Part shown: positions 27,679-36,720 of the stretch, piece after piece
How positions within the stretch are numbered: position 1 is the first letter of the stretch
Layout: each line of letters starts with the position of its first letter
NCBI GenBank assembly: GCA_045106415.1
Contig: JBGCEP010000067.1
Coordinates: 1 to 48,367, forward strand
Reading direction: 5' to 3'
Origin: Oligoflexales bacterium
GTDB taxonomy: Bacteria; Bdellovibrionota_B; Oligoflexia; Oligoflexales; Bog-1112
DNA length: 48,367 bases
Notes under the pieces: model-generated
Databases searched by the model: none
Told to the model about the DNA's origin: nothing
What the model saw: the letters and a program-made list of their open reading frames with translations, nothing else
Program-made: the position numbers and the translations under genes

Positions 27679-29140
27679 AAGGCACCTCATTTTTTATATT
27701 TTTAAGAAACATACGTGTTGATATATTTTTTAGATAAGCACCATTTAAAAAGAAGAATTTCATTCTTTTTGAAAAAGAAGAATTTTTATTGGATTCAAAG
27801 ACACATAAATAAAATGAGAAAAAGAAAATAATAAGAGAAGGAAATATATAGAAAAAACTATCTACTATATATTTATCATCACTAACTGAAACAAAAGGAG
27901 ACGCATGGCTCAATATGTAATTATCAATTCCTAGATAGAAAAGAAAACATAGAAAAAGCATTGCAGCGATTAAAAAAGATGGATAAACACCATAACTTTT
28001 TCGATTGACAAAGAATGACTGCGCAAACCCTAAGAGAACGACATAAGAGTAAATAATATCTGAGGATAATCTCTCTAAATAAAACAGATAAATAACAAAA
28101 AGAGAATACATAAATGAAAATAACAAAACAAAATTTTTAAAAAAACAACCTGTTTTAGTTACTTCTGTTTTATGCTCTTTAACTAAACTCCCTGTTGAAA
28201 GAAATGTATGAGACTTATAAAGACTATGAACTAAAATATGCACCATAGCAATTGAATATGCTCCTATACCGCATGCATAAATCATCAACCCCATTTGACT
28301 GACAGTCGAATAAGCAAGTTTTTTCTTAATATCGTTTTGATAAATCATTGAGATAGCGCCAAAAGATGCTGAAAGAGCACCACTATATACCAAGATCATA
28401 TTCATCAATAATGCATCTGAAAAAACTTCAGACATTCTAATTAAAAGAAAACCTCCAGCGTTGATAATGCCTGCATGCATAACTGCTGACACAACGACGG
28501 GAACTTCCATAGCTTCGACGATCCAAAAATGAAAAGGAAATTGAACTGTTTTTAAAATAACACCCACAGCCAATAGTATAGAAGGAATGACCATACCACT
28601 ATGAGAGGCATCATTATTTTGAACAGCTTGAATAAGATTCAAAAAATCTAATGATTTAAAATTATTTATAAGAAAAACTGCTGATGTTACAATAAAAACA
28701 TCCCCAATTAGATTTATAATATTTCTCTTCCAACACGCCATCCTTGCCTGTAATCTTGTATTATAAAACATCATCATATTATGAGAAAAAAATTGAGCGG
28801 CCATCCAAAAAATTAGGAATAAAATTAAATTCCCAGAGACAACTAAAAATATGACACTCAATAAAGCCCCATATAGATGCATAAAAAAATAATTTTTATT
28901 CTCCTCACTTGCTAATGAAGACAAAGCGTATTGGCAAACAACACCTCCTATCAACGTAATCATAACAAGCATTAAAATAGACAGAATATCAAAAACAAAA
29001 GAAAAGTTTACATGATAATCAGCAAAATTAAATTGGAATAAATGAAGATAAAAATCACCATTCATATTAAAATTAAAAAACAATAATAAAGACAAAATGA
29101 AAGGGACCCAATGCAAAACATTCTGTAGACGATAGCTCAT
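27671..29140 (-). CDS. dabB: DabB/MpsA NuoL-like proton/cation-translocating membrane subunit
   Basis: Multi-TM; K..QFPFH.WI.EAMEVP..VSA.MHAGIINAGG, K.KLAYST.SQMG, H.L.HSLYKSH.FL; overlaps the DUF2309 gene. Confidence 0.92.
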   Translation of the reverse strand: MSYRLQNVLHWVPFILSLLLFFNFNMNGDFYLHLFQFNFADYHVNFSFVFDILSILMLVMITLIGGVVCQYALSSLASEENKNYFFMHLYGALLSVIFLVVSGNLILFLIFWMAAQFFSHNMMMFYNTRLQARMACWKRNIINLIGDVFIVTSAVFLINNFKSLDFLNLIQAVQNNDASHSGMVIPSILLAVGVILKTVQFPFHFWIVEAMEVPVVVSAVMHAGIINAGGFLLIRMSEVFSDALLMNMILVYSGALSASFGAISMIYQNDIKKKLAYSTVSQMGLMIYACGIGAYSIAMVHILVHSLYKSHTFLSTGSLVKEHKTEVTKTGCFFKNFVLLFSFMYSLFVIYLFYLERLSSDIIYSYVVLLGFAQSFFVNRKSYGVYPSFLIAAMLFLCFLFYLGIDNYILSHASPFVSVSDDKYIVDSFFYIFPSLIIFFFSFYLCVFESNKNSSFSKRMKFFFLNGAYLKNISTRMFLKNIKNEVPYA

Positions 29141-29604
29141 ATAAACCTCTTACTTGTGATACCTTGATAAGTGTCATTTATTTCATATTGAAATTCGGAG
29201 AGATCACCCTTTGGTGAAAAAAACAATTCATATTTCATATTTTTAAAATAATCATTCAACTTAATACACGCAGGTGTTCTTTTTCTTATTCTGGCTAAAA
29301 ATGGCGATGCGATACAAAAATCTTGAACCCTTAAAGAATAGGTTTGCACCTTCTCTTTTTTAATATCAAAATACTTATACTCAAAAAAAACATCTCCCTC
29401 TAAGGAATACGAAGGACCCCAAACCCCTCCAACACTCCATGATGCACTAGTTAAATCAGGCCAATTAATAACCACACAAGAGTCATTGCCCCTATATTTA
29501 AGAGGGAGCTCAACACTTTTACCCGCTTGAAGGTGTTTAAAGACGTCCAATTTCATACCCCTTATCCAAACTAAATCTTCAGAGTTTATTGTCGTCAAAA
29601 ACAT
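29137..29604 (-). CDS. Hypothetical protein, translationally coupled to dabB
   Basis: 155-aa ORF whose stop overlaps the dabB start (ATGA); no recognisable motif; start uncertain. Confidence 0.55.
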   Translation of the reverse strand: MFLTTINSEDLVWIRGMKLDVFKHLQAGKSVELPLKYRGNDSCVVINWPDLTSASWSVGGVWGPSYSLEGDVFFEYKYFDIKKEKVQTYSLRVQDFCIASPFLARIRKRTPACIKLNDYFKNMKYELFFSPKGDLSEFQYEINDTYQGITSKRFI

Positions 29605-29608
29605 TTAA

Positions 29609-29653
29609 TATATAAAATATATAATAGTTATTGTATTAATAAGAAAATATTAT
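29609..29653. promoter_or_regulatory. Putative LysR operator sites
   Basis: ATAA-N7-TTAT (29639-53, contains T-N11-A) and the dyad TATAT-N5-ATATA (29609-23) in the divergent intergenic region; the region is very AT-rich, so a chance match is possible. Confidence 0.45.
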
Positions 29654-29669
29654 CAATAAGGACATCTTT

Positions 29670-30542
29670 ATGAATTGGATTAATTTCAGGCACTTATATT
29701 CATTTTGGATGGTATGGAAACACCAAGGATTTCATAAAGCCTCCCTTGAGATGAAAGTTGCACAACCCGCAATCAGTGAACAAGTTTCCCAGCTAGAGAA
29801 TTACCTAGGGAAAAAACTATTTATTCGCTCCACTCGATCCCTTGCTCTCACTGCAACCGGTCGACTTGTATTAAATTATGCTGATGACATTTTTTTAAAA
29901 GCAGAAGAAATCAACCAAGTCATTAAAGATGACCTCAATACATTCTCTCCGCATACTATTCAGTTTGGTGTTGTCGGTGGCGTTTCTCGAACATTTTTAT
30001 CACATTTTGTCTATTCGGCTAATCCTTTATTTCAAAATTCTCATTTTAATATTCTCACAGGATCTTCTGAGGATTTATATAAAATGCTAAAAAGCCACCA
30101 AATACATATTGTATTTTCACTAGAAAAACCTGATAAAAAAGACTTAAATAAGGTAAAATATAAAAAAGTAGGTTCTAGTCATATGTGCTTAGCTGGGAGC
30201 TATAAAATCATAGACAGTATCAAGAAAAAAAAATTCTGTCTCTCAACACCTATTTATGAATTTCTGCACCCTTTCCCAGCAGATCCATTTGAGGAAATTA
30301 TCACTCCAAAGTATGGAATTAAAAATGTGAAAAAAATCAAAACAGATGATATTTCTTTATTGAGATTTTTTGCAGAAAAAGGATTGTCTCTTATGCCTGA
30401 GATAGGAGTCTTAGACGATATTCAAAAGAAAACCTTACAAACAATACCTCTCCTTGAATTAGAAAAAATTAATATTTATGGTCACTATTATAATTCTGGA
30501 CCTTACAAAAAAATCGCTGAAAGGCTATTAGAAATAATTTAA
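29670..30542 (+). CDS. LysR-family transcriptional regulator (NhaR-like N-terminus)
   Basis: WINFRHLYSFW.V...G...KAS....VAQPAISEQV.QLE..LG.KLF.R..R.L.LT..G..V..YADDIF HTH. Confidence 0.92.
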   Translation: MNWINFRHLYSFWMVWKHQGFHKASLEMKVAQPAISEQVSQLENYLGKKLFIRSTRSLALTATGRLVLNYADDIFLKAEEINQVIKDDLNTFSPHTIQFGVVGGVSRTFLSHFVYSANPLFQNSHFNILTGSSEDLYKMLKSHQIHIVFSLEKPDKKDLNKVKYKKVGSSHMCLAGSYKIIDSIKKKKFCLSTPIYEFLHPFPADPFEEIITPKYGIKNVKKIKTDDISLLRFFAEKGLSLMPEIGVLDDIQKKTLQTIPLLELEKINIYGHYYNSGPYKKIAERLLEII

Positions 30543-31792
30543 GCACTTTTTTCTTGGGCAACACCTTTGTGTTGCTGACGCGCTTCTTGAACAGATTTTA
30601 TTAGATCATCATCTAAATCGATTGATTGTGACTTTAATTCTTTAACCATCATTGCAACTGCGGAATAAGCTCTTTCATAATCTGGGTCTGACTTATAACT
30701 CTCACAAAAACATGAAAATGCTTTTTGCATATCACCACTTTTTCTTAAAGCCAGGCCTTTATTAAAGTGCAAAAGATGTAGTTTTGCTTTATCCCCTAAT
30801 ATCTGGATAGCACTATCATAAGTTTCAAGGCCTTTGGCGTAATCACCTCCAGCAACTAAGGCTATTGCCATACTATTAAAGTGTCGAGCGAGATCATCAC
30901 CACACTGAGTTTGTGCTAAAAGTTGCATAGCTAAAGGAATGTCTCCTTCTTTAAACGCTAATTTTCCTTGTTCATCTTGAAGTTCTCTATTATCTGAATC
31001 TAGTTTTTCAACCTGTTCAAAAACATCTCTTGCTTCATCATGACGATCTGCTTCAACATAAGCGCTTCCAAGATTAAGCAAAGATTGAATGTTACAAGGA
31101 GAAGCTTCTGTAAGCTTTTTTAATAGATCAATAGATTCGTCATGCCGACTCATTTTTGAATAAACTTGAGCTAAAAGCCGTAAGGCTGGGACGTAATCTT
31201 CTGTATCATCAATAGCTTCTTTTAAGACCTTTTCTGCCCGGTCATATTTACATAAAATAAACCAAATTTCCCCAACAGCTGTTTTTGCTCGAGCACGAAA
31301 AGGACCTTTTTTTGTCACGCTTGAATTTACCATTTTCAAAGCTTCAGTTGGTTGACCTTCTAAAATCATACCTTCTATTTTTCTTATTTTCGCCTCTACA
31401 GGAGATAAGTTTTTTTCAGCATCTATAATACCTTGTACCATTTCTTTTGCGGTTGACTTATCAAATGGCATTCCTAGAATATGAGGAAGACCTAACTCTT
31501 TTGTTAATTTAATATCTTGCTCATTCATACGTTTAGAAAAAATTAAACATGGCATATGTCGTCGCGAGCGATGATTACGCACACGCTGTACAAAAACAGT
31601 TCCTGGCATAGCATCCATTTCCCAAGCACAAATCACAAATTGGATGCGGCATTTCTCAACTATTTCTTCTGCCTCAGCTCCAGTTGTCGCTGTATGTATT
31701 TCAAATTTTTCATCAAGACTTTGTAACAAAACATCAAAAAACAGGACATTCGTATCAACTTGATCTAAAATCAATATTTTTTCAATTGCCAC
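30539..31792 (-). CDS. Atypical receiver (REC) domain plus TPR repeat protein
   Basis: ILILD...VICAWEM..MPG..FV..VR CheY-like domain with Ala at the phospho-Asp position; multiple TPRs (LNLGSAY, LHFNKGLAL). Confidence 0.85.
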   Translation of the reverse strand: MAIEKILILDQVDTNVLFFDVLLQSLDEKFEIHTATTGAEAEEIVEKCRIQFVICAWEMDAMPGTVFVQRVRNHRSRRHMPCLIFSKRMNEQDIKLTKELGLPHILGMPFDKSTAKEMVQGIIDAEKNLSPVEAKIRKIEGMILEGQPTEALKMVNSSVTKKGPFRARAKTAVGEIWFILCKYDRAEKVLKEAIDDTEDYVPALRLLAQVYSKMSRHDESIDLLKKLTEASPCNIQSLLNLGSAYVEADRHDEARDVFEQVEKLDSDNRELQDEQGKLAFKEGDIPLAMQLLAQTQCGDDLARHFNSMAIALVAGGDYAKGLETYDSAIQILGDKAKLHLLHFNKGLALRKSGDMQKAFSCFCESYKSDPDYERAYSAVAMMVKELKSQSIDLDDDLIKSVQEARQQHKGVAQEKSA

Positions 31793-31913
31793 AACATCAC
31801 CTACTTAGAAACAAGACAAAGCACCCCAAGTCACATACTTGTAACGATGCTGTTATCGGATCATTTTCTAAGGACACAAGTCTGATATTCAAAAAAAGAC
31901 AATTTATATATAT

Positions 31914-32870
31914 TTACTCTTTTAAATTAACCATTTGCTTCTTCAGAAATAAAAAGGCAACCCCTCCAGTCAAATTCAATGTCATTTGACCTACAAAATA
32001 AAGATTAAAAATATTAGCTCCTCCCTCCATTCCAATCTGTTGGAAAAAAAACTCAAAACTTAAATGCCCAACACCCGCACCGCCTGGAGCCAGTGGCAAC
32101 GCCGTTGAAAGCACAGCAAAGGGCAAAATAATAAACACAGAAGTCCAAGGAATGATTCCTGAAAAACTCGCTTGCGTAAACACCCAGTAGCCAAACAAAT
32201 TTGTTATTTGTACACATAAAGAAATAAGAGTTGCTCGAAAAATAGCCTTTCCATCTTGCATCTGCACTGCACGGATACATTTTTTAAATATTTCAATACG
32301 TTGCAACATTGTTCCAAATGGAACCCAACCAATGCTGATACAAAATAAACCCAAAGCTAGCCCCATTCCCAAACCTAGTGTCATTCCACACCAACCCAAC
32401 AGGTAACCTGGCATTTTTCCTGTCCACAGCCCAACCATACTTGCACACGCCCCTAATATAAAAAGTGCCATCACTCCCAGCACCCTATCTAAAAGAACTG
32501 TCAAAAGAACCGCATGACGGCTTTTAGCTTGATGGTATTTATAGACATACCAGCCTTTTAAGACATCCCCACCAACAGCTCCCGGCATCACAGAATTAAA
32601 AAAAAGACCTGCTGACGTCAGCAGCAAAACCAACTTTGTTGGCACGTCACTTCCAGCTCCCTTTAGAAGAACTCGCCATCGCCACGCTGATAGTAATAAT
32701 GAAGCACCTAGCCACAACAAAATAGAAGTTAAAAAAAGATGAGGTTGTGCCCATAAGATCCAGAAAAATTTTGGATCTAACTTTCCGCTCTGTATAAGCC
32801 AGTAAATCAAACATATTGTAATTGCTGGTCTTATTAGGTATTTGAAAAATTTCAATATTGGATTTTTCAT
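31914..32870 (-). CDS. Lysylphosphatidylglycerol synthase TM region / UPF0104 flippase-like membrane protein
   Basis: WRWRVLL, GLFFNSVMPGAVGGD..K, DRVLG, LPLAPGGAGVG; start probably ATG 32870. Confidence 0.9.
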   Translation of the reverse strand: MKNPILKFFKYLIRPAITICLIYWLIQSGKLDPKFFWILWAQPHLFLTSILLWLGASLLLSAWRWRVLLKGAGSDVPTKLVLLLTSAGLFFNSVMPGAVGGDVLKGWYVYKYHQAKSRHAVLLTVLLDRVLGVMALFILGACASMVGLWTGKMPGYLLGWCGMTLGLGMGLALGLFCISIGWVPFGTMLQRIEIFKKCIRAVQMQDGKAIFRATLISLCVQITNLFGYWVFTQASFSGIIPWTSVFIILPFAVLSTALPLAPGGAGVGHLSFEFFFQQIGMEGGANIFNLYFVGQMTLNLTGGVAFLFLKKQMVNLKE

Positions 32871-32936
32871 CAAATCAACCACCCTATCCTTGATCATCAT
32901 CAATTTTTGCCGATACTCACCTTAGGAGATGATCAT

Positions 32937-35114
32937 ATGGTACAAAAAATTGCAGATAAATCCGCCTCAATTCTTTGCGTCGAAACATCAGGGGCAGTAA
33001 GAACTCTACTCACTGATGTTTTAAGAAGCCTAGGTTTTGAAAATGTTCAGAGTATCTCCAGCACTAAAGATGCTTTAAGTGCTATGGAGGTAGAGCCCGT
33101 CGATTGGTTTATTTCACCTTTGATGAGCGATCAAGATGTCAACTGTCTCCAAATTTGTAAACTCATACCAAGCTTTCCTTCTCTAGCCCATACCCGAGTC
33201 AGCCTTATTGTCGCTGAAGATGAATTAGACGCTGTTCCAGCAGCTTTTGAACTCGGTATTATGGATTGGGTAGTCAAACCATTTAATAAAGATACGATTA
33301 CAGAATCATTCACCAGTGCTCTGAAACGACTTGAAGAGTTGGAGTGGGACGATACTCTATACGCAGCAGAGAGACTGCGAGCCTATCTTACAGAGCATCA
33401 AAAATTTGATAGCCGACTTTCTCTCGAAAAGTCTCTTGTACGCATGTACCCTGGATTTTCTGACCTCCTACTTAACCTCGTTGAGCCTCTCTCTTCACTA
33501 GGGCAAATCGCAGCAGCAAAAGCAACTCTCCATCAAGTGGAATTATTAGATCCAGAACAAAAAGAGACCATTACAGAACTACGAGAAAAATTTATTACAC
33601 CTAACGATGAAGAAGGTAGCGAAGGAGAAGAGGGTGAAGCAGGACTGCAATTTAATTCTCTCGATATCCAAAAAGCAGTTGTGATCGACTCTACGGACGA
33701 CGAACGAGCAAAGGTTGTTGAAGTTTTAAAAGAGCTTGGAGTTCCAGAAATTTTAGAATTTAGCGATGGTGAAAGTGCTTGGGAAGCTATCGATCAAACT
33801 GAAGATATTGGCGTGATTCTCCATGAATGGAGAGTGCCAAAACTCACCGGGCCTCTTTTGATCCAAAGAATTCGCAAAAGACATGCAACCACTCCGGTTA
33901 TTGTCACCACCTCACTCGTTGAGGAAGAGGATAAACCTCTCCTACGAGAAATGGGAGCTTTCACACTCATTCAAAAGCCTTATGAGCATCATGAAATTGT
34001 CGGTGCTATTGTTCACACGATCCAACAAGATCGTGCTCCAACTGAAACCGGTACGCTTGAAATGAAGATCATTCAGCTTCTTCACAGTAAAAAATTCGAA
34101 GATGCCATGGCCCTTCGAGAAAAATATACAGCAGCTACAGATATCTCTGAAGATCGCAAAGGTAAGATTGAAGCTGAGTTTGCATTTGCTGATAAAAACT
34201 ACTCACTAGCGAGAGACCTTGCAGCCAATGCTTTACGAGCAGGTCAAGAATCTATTCCTTTGCTCAATCTTTTAGGAAAATGCCTTATGTTTCTTAGAGA
34301 GTTTGATCAAGCGCTTCGCGTTTTCAAGAAAGCTCAAAAAATGTCACCACAAAATATCGAGAGACTCTGTTCAATCGCAGAGGCTCATTCTGAACTTGGC
34401 CAAGATGATGAGGCAAACAAAACTCTTGAAGAAGCAGCCTCTAAAGACGAAGGTTCTGCTGCTGTTCAAGAAAGCAGCGCAAAAGTAGCTATGGATCAAG
34501 GCGACACGGATCGAGCAAAAGAAATTATGGGACAATTAGAATCTTTATCAGAGATTATAGCTTATATGAATAATAAGGCTGTTGCTCATGCGCGATGCGG
34601 AGAAGCCGAGAGCAGCCTTGAAATGTACCGTCAAACCATTGCCTCTATTCCTGAAGACCGCATCGAAATCATGGCTTCTGTCAAGTATAATCTTGCACTC
34701 GCATTTGCAAGATTAGAGCAGTATGATCCATGTTTGGAGGTTTTAGAAGAAGTTATAAAAGGCCCTAACCTTCCTGTTAAAGAAAAAGCTACTTCACTCA
34801 GTAAACGCGTGTCGAACGCACTACAATCAAATGTGAAACTAGTTATTAGAAGCGGCGGAACCATACCTACTCCAGAAAATACTCAACCTGGAGAATCTTC
34901 TACTCAAAATGCAGAAACAGCAAAACCTGAAGCAGTAGCAGAGCAGCATACATCTCAGGCTTGGCTCCTGGCTCCTGTTCAAACATCAGCTGGGGACTTG
35001 TGCTGCTTTCAAGTGTTTCAAAACCCAGAAGATGCTCCTGAAATCGTCACAAAACTCTTAAGTACAATTCCGCATTTTTCTGAACGACAAGCTATTAAAA
35101 AAGAAGGGGTTTGA
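32937..35114 (+). CDS. Double atypical receiver domain plus TPR repeat protein
   Basis: ATG 32937 after AGGAG; REC1 ILCVE...WFISP...KPF; REC2 VVIDS...ILHEWRVP.LTG...KPY; TPRs (LLNLLGKC, YNLALAF). Confidence 0.85.
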   Translation: MVQKIADKSASILCVETSGAVRTLLTDVLRSLGFENVQSISSTKDALSAMEVEPVDWFISPLMSDQDVNCLQICKLIPSFPSLAHTRVSLIVAEDELDAVPAAFELGIMDWVVKPFNKDTITESFTSALKRLEELEWDDTLYAAERLRAYLTEHQKFDSRLSLEKSLVRMYPGFSDLLLNLVEPLSSLGQIAAAKATLHQVELLDPEQKETITELREKFITPNDEEGSEGEEGEAGLQFNSLDIQKAVVIDSTDDERAKVVEVLKELGVPEILEFSDGESAWEAIDQTEDIGVILHEWRVPKLTGPLLIQRIRKRHATTPVIVTTSLVEEEDKPLLREMGAFTLIQKPYEHHEIVGAIVHTIQQDRAPTETGTLEMKIIQLLHSKKFEDAMALREKYTAATDISEDRKGKIEAEFAFADKNYSLARDLAANALRAGQESIPLLNLLGKCLMFLREFDQALRVFKKAQKMSPQNIERLCSIAEAHSELGQDDEANKTLEEAASKDEGSAAVQESSAKVAMDQGDTDRAKEIMGQLESLSEIIAYMNNKAVAHARCGEAESSLEMYRQTIASIPEDRIEIMASVKYNLALAFARLEQYDPCLEVLEEVIKGPNLPVKEKATSLSKRVSNALQSNVKLVIRSGGTIPTPENTQPGESSTQNAETAKPEAVAEQHTSQAWLLAPVQTSAGDLCCFQVFQNPEDAPEIVTKLLSTIPHFSERQAIKKEGV

Positions 35115-35121
35115 TTTTTCA

Positions 35122-36543
35122 TTATGGAAAATCAATCCAAAAAAGAGTAGAAATCAACCCATAGACAGTTTCATACACCACTCTTACTTTGACCGATGTT
35201 TTCGCTCTTGTAGAGAAAATGCCCACCGGTATTTGAAGGACATCATAACCACCAACAGAGCTCACTGTTTTTACTTCATATTGATGCTCAGCGGCTCTCC
35301 AGTACCCTAAAGTTGTCGCAACATCTGATACCCATATTCCATCATACTCAGACACAGAGGGAGTCAATTTTATTAAAGACCCACTATCCTGCCTTTCATA
35401 AAATTCAGGAAAAACATGTATCTTCTCTACATTTTCATGAGCAAAAGATAATTCTCCTTCTTCGAAATGCTGAGGTGGTTGGATTTCTAGTAATAGATTT
35501 TCAACGCTTCGCGTCACAGCAAAAGCTTGCGTCAAACCATCCATAACAGTTTCACCATATACCGGTGTATAAGATTTTTCAGAAGATAACGAAATAATCT
35601 TAGGAATAGAACTCCACTGCTCTGCATATGCGATTGGGTAGTCAAAACTCTCGCCACTTTCTGTTTGGATATTCACAATTACATGCTCATTCTGCTGAGG
35701 GTACTTTCCTACAATCCAGCTCCCAGAAAAACCAAACATCCCTTTGGTAAGAGATGTTTGATCAAAGGATCCAAACTCTAGCAATCTCGACTTTTCACGA
35801 GATATAAATCTCGCTCTCGACCACCATTGCCCTGAAAAAATCATCTTCGCCGCCACGAGACCTTCGCCAAGAACTTGCACAAAAACGCGCTTCGACCTTT
35901 TCAGAGCTTCACTCTTAGCAAAATCACTACCCATATATAGCTCTAGAATATCCTGAGAAGATTCGACCAACACATCTCCCCCAAACCTTATAGTTGATAT
36001 AGCACCAGGTAAATCAACAGTAGGAAACATATTATTTGATAAAGCTTGTGCAGAGCCAACCACAAAAAGAGAAGTTTCAACTCCAAGAGTATCATTCAAA
36101 ACCACCCACCCTGTGTCACTCCACAGCAAAGACACATCTGGGAACTCAAACCCTTCACCTGATCCTACGTATCGCACTTGATATTGAAGACCCTCTACGG
36201 ATAAAGACCAATCCCATGTCCCTAAAGGGCGGCCTTCATGATTCATAAAATGAAAAGAATACTCAGATCCCTCGCTCAACTCTGAGGTAGAGATTTGAAA
36301 CATATTATTTGCATCTAAAAAAATTCTTTTCTTCAAAGTCGAGTGAGTTCTATCAATCAGCCAAATAGAAAAATCTGGAGACAAACCCAAATCTGGACTC
36401 ACAAGATGAAGCCTCAGATAAGGATTGCTCTCCTCTGATCCTTCTATTACAGGAACTTGTCTATCATCTGTAGTGCGATTTGTTGGTCTGTCACCACAGC
36501 CTACTCCCAACAAGACGACAAAGGCAGTCAATATCCGAAACAT
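35122..36543 (-). CDS. Hypothetical lipoprotein
   Basis: ATG 36543 after GAGG; MFRILTAFVVLLGVG-C lipobox; beta-rich body with no recognisable family. Confidence 0.75.
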   Translation of the reverse strand: MFRILTAFVVLLGVGCGDRPTNRTTDDRQVPVIEGSEESNPYLRLHLVSPDLGLSPDFSIWLIDRTHSTLKKRIFLDANNMFQISTSELSEGSEYSFHFMNHEGRPLGTWDWSLSVEGLQYQVRYVGSGEGFEFPDVSLLWSDTGWVVLNDTLGVETSLFVVGSAQALSNNMFPTVDLPGAISTIRFGGDVLVESSQDILELYMGSDFAKSEALKRSKRVFVQVLGEGLVAAKMIFSGQWWSRARFISREKSRLLEFGSFDQTSLTKGMFGFSGSWIVGKYPQQNEHVIVNIQTESGESFDYPIAYAEQWSSIPKIISLSSEKSYTPVYGETVMDGLTQAFAVTRSVENLLLEIQPPQHFEEGELSFAHENVEKIHVFPEFYERQDSGSLIKLTPSVSEYDGIWVSDVATTLGYWRAAEHQYEVKTVSSVGGYDVLQIPVGIFSTRAKTSVKVRVVYETVYGLISTLFWIDFP

Positions 36544-36720
36544 AGAACCTCTCACAATCAGAACTCTTTATAAAATCGTAGCATCAGAGGTTTTGATTTT
36601 CAGTATTTCAAAAAACAAACATAACTGAAAACGTCATTTTCATTCTGGACTTGGGGGTTTTGCCCATGCGCTGTATGATAGTCTGGCTGTGATATAGCGA
36701 GCCTTAGAGGAGAGACACCT

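Noticed and set aside
27671..29140. Reading the gene as complex I NuoL or an Mrp antiporter subunit
   Set aside because: No other nuo/mrp genes are present, and direct coupling to DUF2309 identifies it as DabB/MpsA.
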